A stretch of 32,000 nucleotides of DNA from Candidatus Iainarchaeum sp. Its GTDB lineage: Archaea > Iainarchaeota > Iainarchaeia > Iainarchaeales > CSSED10-239. Below, one piece after another: positions 26,566-32,000 of this stretch. Positions within the stretch are counted from its first letter, which is position 1, and each line of letters opens with the position of its first letter. Location: assembly GCA_028700115.1 (NCBI GenBank), contig JAQVTI010000005.1, forward strand, positions 1 to 32,000, in the 5' to 3' direction. A program made the translations under genes and the position numbers. The notes below the pieces were generated by a model. The model ran no database searches. It worked only from the letters and a program-made list of their open reading frames with translations, and had not been told where the DNA came from.

Positions 26566-29500
26566 TTATTTTATTCTAATTTCATATCCATAAGTAAAAA
26601 TATTTTTATCAATTAAATCTATAAAATCAGAATAATCAAAATTAATTATAAAAAATCTATCATTAACTTTTTCATATTCTAATTTTTTAATAAACTTATT
26701 ATTAATATATAATGTAGGTATAAAAATTAGATTTTTCTGAGGATTATATACCCCAAATATATTAAAAGGCCCATCATTTTCATTATACAAAACATATCCA
26801 GAAACTTCATCAAAGTATATAGAATATTTTTTCCATTGATCAGCTCTATTTCTTATATAATTACTTAGAGGATATTTATCAATCCAATAATGTTTTTCTA
26901 AAATAAAGGAATAATTTTTATTATCTTCTAAATTTGGATTTAATCTAATTTGATTTAAGATATCTTCATAAAGCCAGAAATTTCTATAATTATTATTTTC
27001 AGGTTCTTTATAAGGATATATCTTGTTATAAGGATATGAGCTAGTAAATTTAATTTTACTAAAATTATATGAATAATTTAAGATAACATCCTTACCTCTA
27101 TCATTTTCAAAATAAATATAATTAATATTAGTTTGTTCACCATCTTTATTTAATAAATTTCTAGTAAATATAGTTCCAATTTTTGGAAAATACATAATTT
27201 TTAAATCACTAATATCTACAGAACTTCTAAATATTTTTTTACTTAATAAATTATTTTTTTCTAAAGGATCTAAAAACACATAAAATCCTTCATCATCTGA
27301 ATAATATGCATACAAACCATATTCTAATATATTATCTTTAGAAACACTAATTAAATTTGATTGATTTATATTTGAATTAAGAGGTCTAAAAGAAATACTA
27401 GGATCTCCAAGTAAAAAAATAGACTCTAACCCATTTTGTTTATTTTCTTCAGAATTAATATATGCATTTTGTGTAAGTCTTAAAAGATTTGATAATTTAT
27501 TATTATAAATATTTATAGGAAACATATCATAATTAATATGAAGTGAATTATAACTTGCAAGATAATTAGATGCACCTCTATCTAAAAACTCTCTTCCTAA
27601 ATAAACTCCAGTTAGACAACTTTGTGCAAAGATAACAGGTCTATTTTCTAGATATGAATCAATATAATCTATTGTAAATAAATCTTTTGTAACTCCAAAA
27701 GAATCAGTAATTGCAAATAAATTTGGCCCTCCATGAGATATAAAATAAATTTGATCCATATTATAAAAATCACTAACTAATTCATCCTTTGAAGGTGAAA
27801 CTTTAAAAGGATAATAAGATTTTTCTAAAAAGTTTTCACTTTCTGCAATACTGTTTTTAAATAATGGAATTTCATCAAATATTTCTGTATTAAATGTATG
27901 CACATTATTTAATTTATAATCACCTAAATCTAATTTAAAATCAAAACCAATAGAGTGTAATTTATTAATAAATCTATCAACATTAATAATATAAGATTCT
28001 GAATCAGGATATAGAATGTGTGTGTATTTTTTTAATAATTCATTTTTATCTTTATATCTTCCATAATCAAAATCTAAATTTTTATAATAATATTTTAAAT
28101 AATCATTAATTTCTTCAAAAGTTAATCTTCCAACATTTAATTCAACATCTTTATCATCATCAACATTTCCATAATAAAGATTATCTAAAACAAAAGGAAA
28201 ATCTGTTAATGATTTAAAATTATTATAAATTTCCATATGAACATCACTTGCTAAATTACCAAACAAAACATCTGTTTTTACTGGAATTGCATCATAATCT
28301 CCTAAAAGTAATAAATAATCAAAAGCTTCTGTAATATGTTCTAACTTTACATTTGTTTTAATTTCTTTAATTGCTTTAGAATAATCAATATCTGCATATG
28401 AATTTTCAAAATTATCAACAATATTATAATCTAAATCTAATTTAGGTAATTTAACTTCTTCAAAATTAAAATAATAAGTTCTTTCTTTATCTTTAAATGA
28501 ATAAACATTTTCTTTTAAAATTGCATAATATGAATCTCCTCTTTTTTCTACAGAATCCACATATGCAGTTACATTTAATCCATCTCTACTATAAGAGTTA
28601 TCTAAATTATGAATATTTACATTAAAATGAATCTCTTTATTATATTTTTTTAAATCATTTAAAACAGATAAATCTGTCATTTTACGTTTAAAATTATATT
28701 TTTCAACATCATTTAAACTTGTAAGATCTAAATCTTCAAAATAAATATCTGAAATTGTAATAAAATTAAAATCATTTGAAGTTAAATAGTTTACATTCTC
28801 ATCAATAAAGCTACCTTCAATTAATTTTGCATGATTTAAAATATAATCATTAAAGTCTTCAGGAGTAAGATAATTATAATTAAATACATAGTTTAAATTA
28901 TCTAAACCATCTATTTTAAAATTATACATATTATTTGCATAATTGTAAGAAATATCCCCAGATTTATTCTCATTTGGAATTGCACTAAAATTAATTTCCC
29001 CAGAATCTTTAAAAATTAATTTTCTTATTTCAGTCCAGTCGTCTTTATCAAAATCATAATAATAATCATCAAAATATTCTGTTTTTCCATAACTTTCTCT
29101 TATAGGAAAACCAACCTCTAAACCATCATAAGTACACCCATATGTTTTCATAAAAGCTCCAAATCTATCTACATATAAACCAGTAAATGGAACTTTAAAA
29201 CACATATAAGGTTTACCAAAAATAAAATTAACTACATTCTCATTAGATGCTTCGATTTTTTTATTTTCACTAATTGGCAAATTATTATTTTGTGAAATTA
29301 AAAAATCATTATACCATATTTTATTTTTAATATCAAAAACAATTTGATCATCTTTATTTAATGCAGCTCCTAAATTCACATCCACAATATTTTTATAATC
29401 TATAACAGAAGAACTTGAATTATAATCAAATAAAGAAACAAAAGGTGTTTCTAAATAAATATCTCCACCTATAAATAAATTTTTAAAATCATAACCATTT

Positions 29501-31998
29501 TGTAAATCAAAATCAAAATAATTATATACATTATAAAAATTATTTAATTTATCACAATAATTATAGACATTAGGATTACAATTAAAAGTTATAAAATCAT
29601 AAGAATCACTACTTGCTTTTCTTGAAAACAATAAATCCATTCCAGAACCAACTTTAAAAGACACATCATCATCTAATAATTTACTTCCAAGATTAACTTT
29701 TTCATTAATTGATTTTTCTTCAAAAAACAAATTATATTGATCAGTATTTACAACTAATGTATTATATTTTATTTCAGGATCATAATTTACAGAAACATTT
29801 AAATCTAGTAATTTCTTATTAGCTTTATTTTCAAATATATTACGATCATAATTATAAATTATAGAATTATTATTAAAATTTAAAGTAACATTATTAGAAA
29901 TTGGATCTAATGATCTTACATAAAAATCTATATTTCCATTTGATACTTTATTAAAAACAGAAGTTTCAAAACTATCTGAAAATTCTTTTTCTGGAAAAGT
30001 ATTTCTTTGGAAAATAGTATATTTTTTCAAAATAGCATCATGATAAACAACATAATTATCTGTAAAATAAAATCTAGATTCATCTCCACCTAATCCTTCA
30101 AATATATAATTATCAAAAACATAATTTCTAGAAACTTTCTTAAATTCACTCTCACCAATCTTCTTATTAAAATTAATTGTAAAATTATGTTTTTCTAATA
30201 CATTTTGAGAAACATAATATTTATTAAAAACATCATAATAATAAACTGTTTTTACTCCATTTGAATTTTCAGAAATACAACTTAAAACAACATACTCATC
30301 AGAATCAATTTGTTCTTGAGGAGTAGCATTAGTTTTATCTACAAAAGGATCTTGTTTAATATTACAAGGAATATTATTTTCTAAAACATGTTTTTTAGAA
30401 GATAAATCTAAAAAAGAAATTTCAAAATTTACAAAATTTTCATTAAACCCATTAAATTTAATTACAAAATTATCATAATAAAATAAATAATATCTACTAT
30501 AAATTTCATAATCATTTATTTCTTTTGAAAACTTCTTATAAAAATCAGAAACTTTAATAGTCCTTCCTTGAAGTCCAGCTTTATTTACTGATGGTTCTGG
30601 ATAGTTAACTTTATTATAAGATTCAGATTCATCTACATTTATAAATTCACTAAAAAAGAAATTATAAGTATGTGCATTTTTAACAAAATGATTCATATAA
30701 GTTTCTTTAGATTCAACAAATGAAAAATCACAAATATAAAGTCCAGTATGCTCATTATCTTCTATACATCTATCATATGTATCTAATTTTTCAAAATATC
30801 TAAATTTAGCATAATTTTCAATAGGAACTTCTCTCCAACCTTTTTCTTGAGAAATAAGCTCTCCTAAATCATTTATCCCTGCAAAATTATCTTCTTTATA
30901 AAAATCTAAATCTTCATGTGTTTCTAAATATTTTTCTTCAGTTTGGTCTTTAGGATAAACAACAGCTCCATCTTTTAAAATATTAATATGCAAAGATTCT
31001 AAAGAATTATATATATTATTTAAATTAAATTTCAAAGTTGATTCTTTTTCAAAAGTATAATCTGATTTTATATAAGCAATTGCTCTATTTAAATATGCTC
31101 TAGGAATAAGATATCTTTTCTCAAGCATACTTTGTAAAGTTTCTTGAGAAAAATGTTTTCCTAATTCATCTGGTGTTCTTTTAATTAATGCAATCTTATT
31201 TTCTAAAGGATATTTTTCATAATATTTAATAACTTCTTTTTCTTCTAAAGTCAAAGAATCATAATTAAAATTATAATTTAGAACAAAAACAGGTAATTTT
31301 TCAAATATCTCATAAGATTTAACAGGTTTTGTTCTATCTTCTAAAAAGGTCTCTTTTTTAGAACTTTTTAAATAAGGATTAATTGAAGGATTATATCTTC
31401 CAGATTCATAATAATAATTTTTTTCTAATAAAGATGAAGAGTAAGGATCTAATATTCTTTTTGAACTTATTTCATTTTCTTTTTCTTCAGAATAAATATT
31501 TGGATAATAAATATAATTAATTGGAGAAGAAGGAGTTAAATTTAAATTTATAAAATCAAAATCAGAAAAAACCTTTTCAATAACATCAGATGTCTCAAAT
31601 TCTAATTTTAAATCTTTAACAAGTTCTAGTTCTTTTTTATAATTGTCATAATTATAATTTAGATTATCAGAAGTATATTCAAAATCAGGATATTTAGAGT
31701 CTTGATTTCTACAAGAATCACAAGATGGACTTGTAAGTAAATATCTAAAAGTTAATTTCTCAACATTATTATCTTCAGAATCTATTTGATGAGGAGAATA
31801 AAAGGTAATAGGTGAGAAAAAATAATTATCAAATCTATTAGTCATTTGAGTTTCATCTAAAAAATATTTTGTATTTCCTGAAAATTCACTTGCATCTTTT
31901 GGAAAATTTAGATTTGAAATATCACTAGAAAAACCAAATATATCTTTAAAAGTATCAACTAAACTAAACTCAGAAGACATAGATATATTTGTATCAAT
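26566..31998 (-). CDS. Giant gingipain/peptidase C25-like protein (>=1810 aa), N-terminus beyond the right edge
   Basis: LLLLGDYDAIPVKTD...YYGNVDDDKDVELNVGRLTFEEINDYL, then YFISHGGPNLF (His codon complement 27733..27735) and RPVIFAQSCLTGVYLGREFLDRGASNYLASYNS (Cys codon complement 27616..27618), then GLESIFLLGDPSISFRP. This is the C25/caspase-like fold pattern. Bases 31981..31998 continue the frame with no stop (L-I-Q-I-Y-L upstream of the listed Met), so the real start is probably outside the window. Confidence 0.8.
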   Translation of the reverse strand: MDTNISMSSEFSLVDTFKDIFGFSSDISNLNFPKDASEFSGNTKYFLDETQMTNRFDNYFFSPITFYSPHQIDSEDNNVEKLTFRYLLTSPSCDSCRNQDSKYPDFEYTSDNLNYNYDNYKKELELVKDLKLEFETSDVIEKVFSDFDFINLNLTPSSPINYIYYPNIYSEEKENEISSKRILDPYSSSLLEKNYYYESGRYNPSINPYLKSSKKETFLEDRTKPVKSYEIFEKLPVFVLNYNFNYDSLTLEEKEVIKYYEKYPLENKIALIKRTPDELGKHFSQETLQSMLEKRYLIPRAYLNRAIAYIKSDYTFEKESTLKFNLNNIYNSLESLHINILKDGAVVYPKDQTEEKYLETHEDLDFYKEDNFAGINDLGELISQEKGWREVPIENYAKFRYFEKLDTYDRCIEDNEHTGLYICDFSFVESKETYMNHFVKNAHTYNFFFSEFINVDESESYNKVNYPEPSVNKAGLQGRTIKVSDFYKKFSKEINDYEIYSRYYLFYYDNFVIKFNGFNENFVNFEISFLDLSSKKHVLENNIPCNIKQDPFVDKTNATPQEQIDSDEYVVLSCISENSNGVKTVYYYDVFNKYYVSQNVLEKHNFTINFNKKIGESEFKKVSRNYVFDNYIFEGLGGDESRFYFTDNYVVYHDAILKKYTIFQRNTFPEKEFSDSFETSVFNKVSNGNIDFYVRSLDPISNNVTLNFNNNSIIYNYDRNIFENKANKKLLDLNVSVNYDPEIKYNTLVVNTDQYNLFFEEKSINEKVNLGSKLLDDDVSFKVGSGMDLLFSRKASSDSYDFITFNCNPNVYNYCDKLNNFYNVYNYFDFDLQNGYDFKNLFIGGDIYLETPFVSLFDYNSSSSVIDYKNIVDVNLGAALNKDDQIVFDIKNKIWYNDFLISQNNNLPISENKKIEASNENVVNFIFGKPYMCFKVPFTGLYVDRFGAFMKTYGCTYDGLEVGFPIRESYGKTEYFDDYYYDFDKDDWTEIRKLIFKDSGEINFSAIPNENKSGDISYNYANNMYNFKIDGLDNLNYVFNYNYLTPEDFNDYILNHAKLIEGSFIDENVNYLTSNDFNFITISDIYFEDLDLTSLNDVEKYNFKRKMTDLSVLNDLKKYNKEIHFNVNIHNLDNSYSRDGLNVTAYVDSVEKRGDSYYAILKENVYSFKDKERTYYFNFEEVKLPKLDLDYNIVDNFENSYADIDYSKAIKEIKTNVKLEHITEAFDYLLLLGDYDAIPVKTDVLFGNLASDVHMEIYNNFKSLTDFPFVLDNLYYGNVDDDKDVELNVGRLTFEEINDYLKYYYKNLDFDYGRYKDKNELLKKYTHILYPDSESYIINVDRFINKLHSIGFDFKLDLGDYKLNNVHTFNTEIFDEIPLFKNSIAESENFLEKSYYPFKVSPSKDELVSDFYNMDQIYFISHGGPNLFAITDSFGVTKDLFTIDYIDSYLENRPVIFAQSCLTGVYLGREFLDRGASNYLASYNSLHINYDMFPINIYNNKLSNLLRLTQNAYINSEENKQNGLESIFLLGDPSISFRPLNSNINQSNLISVSKDNILEYGLYAYYSDDEGFYVFLDPLEKNNLLSKKIFRSSVDISDLKIMYFPKIGTIFTRNLLNKDGEQTNINYIYFENDRGKDVILNYSYNFSKIKFTSSYPYNKIYPYKEPENNNYRNFWLYEDILNQIRLNPNLEDNKNYSFILEKHYWIDKYPLSNYIRNRADQWKKYSIYFDEVSGYVLYNENDGPFNIFGVYNPQKNLIFIPTLYINNKFIKKLEYEKVNDRFFIINFDYSDFIDLIDKNIFTYGYEIRIK

Positions 31999-32000
31999 TG

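Noticed and set aside
21788-31980. UGA as Trp (mycoplasma-like code) or UAG as pyrrolysine
   Set aside because: Trp is encoded by TGG throughout, UGA falls at an expected Arg position, and TAG is used as the stop in 8 of 19 genes.

Overview
AT-rich (roughly 25% GC by eye) archaeal chromosomal segment. I infer a reduced, DPANN-like lineage (Pacearchaeota/Woesearchaeota style), but this is not proven. Almost everything is on the minus strand. Contents, left to right: a very long phosphoenolpyruvate-synthase-like gene open at the left edge and missing from the ORF track, with a repeated central module; a SAM methyltransferase; a coiled-coil ORF; an informational gene block read right to left as rpoH, rpoB'', rpoB', rpoA', rpoA'', eL30, uS12, uS7, with no nusA in its usual place; a plus-strand KaiC/RAD55-like ATPase; ATP-dependent DNA ligase; ProRS; a hypothetical protein; tRNA-Pro(UGG); a membrane-anchored double-PLD protein; AlaRS interrupted by one in-frame UGA; HisRS; a bacterial-type HU protein; and a giant gingipain/peptidase-C25-like protein open at the right edge. 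The observations most worth a second look are (1) a ~234-aa module repeated 3-4 times between the ATP-grasp and swivelling domains of the PEP synthase homologue, (2) an in-frame UGA at a normally conserved Arg position of AlaRS, in a window where none of 19 terminated genes uses UGA as stop, and (3) the >1,800-aa C25-like surface protease candidate. I found no CRISPR array, transposon or clear defence island.
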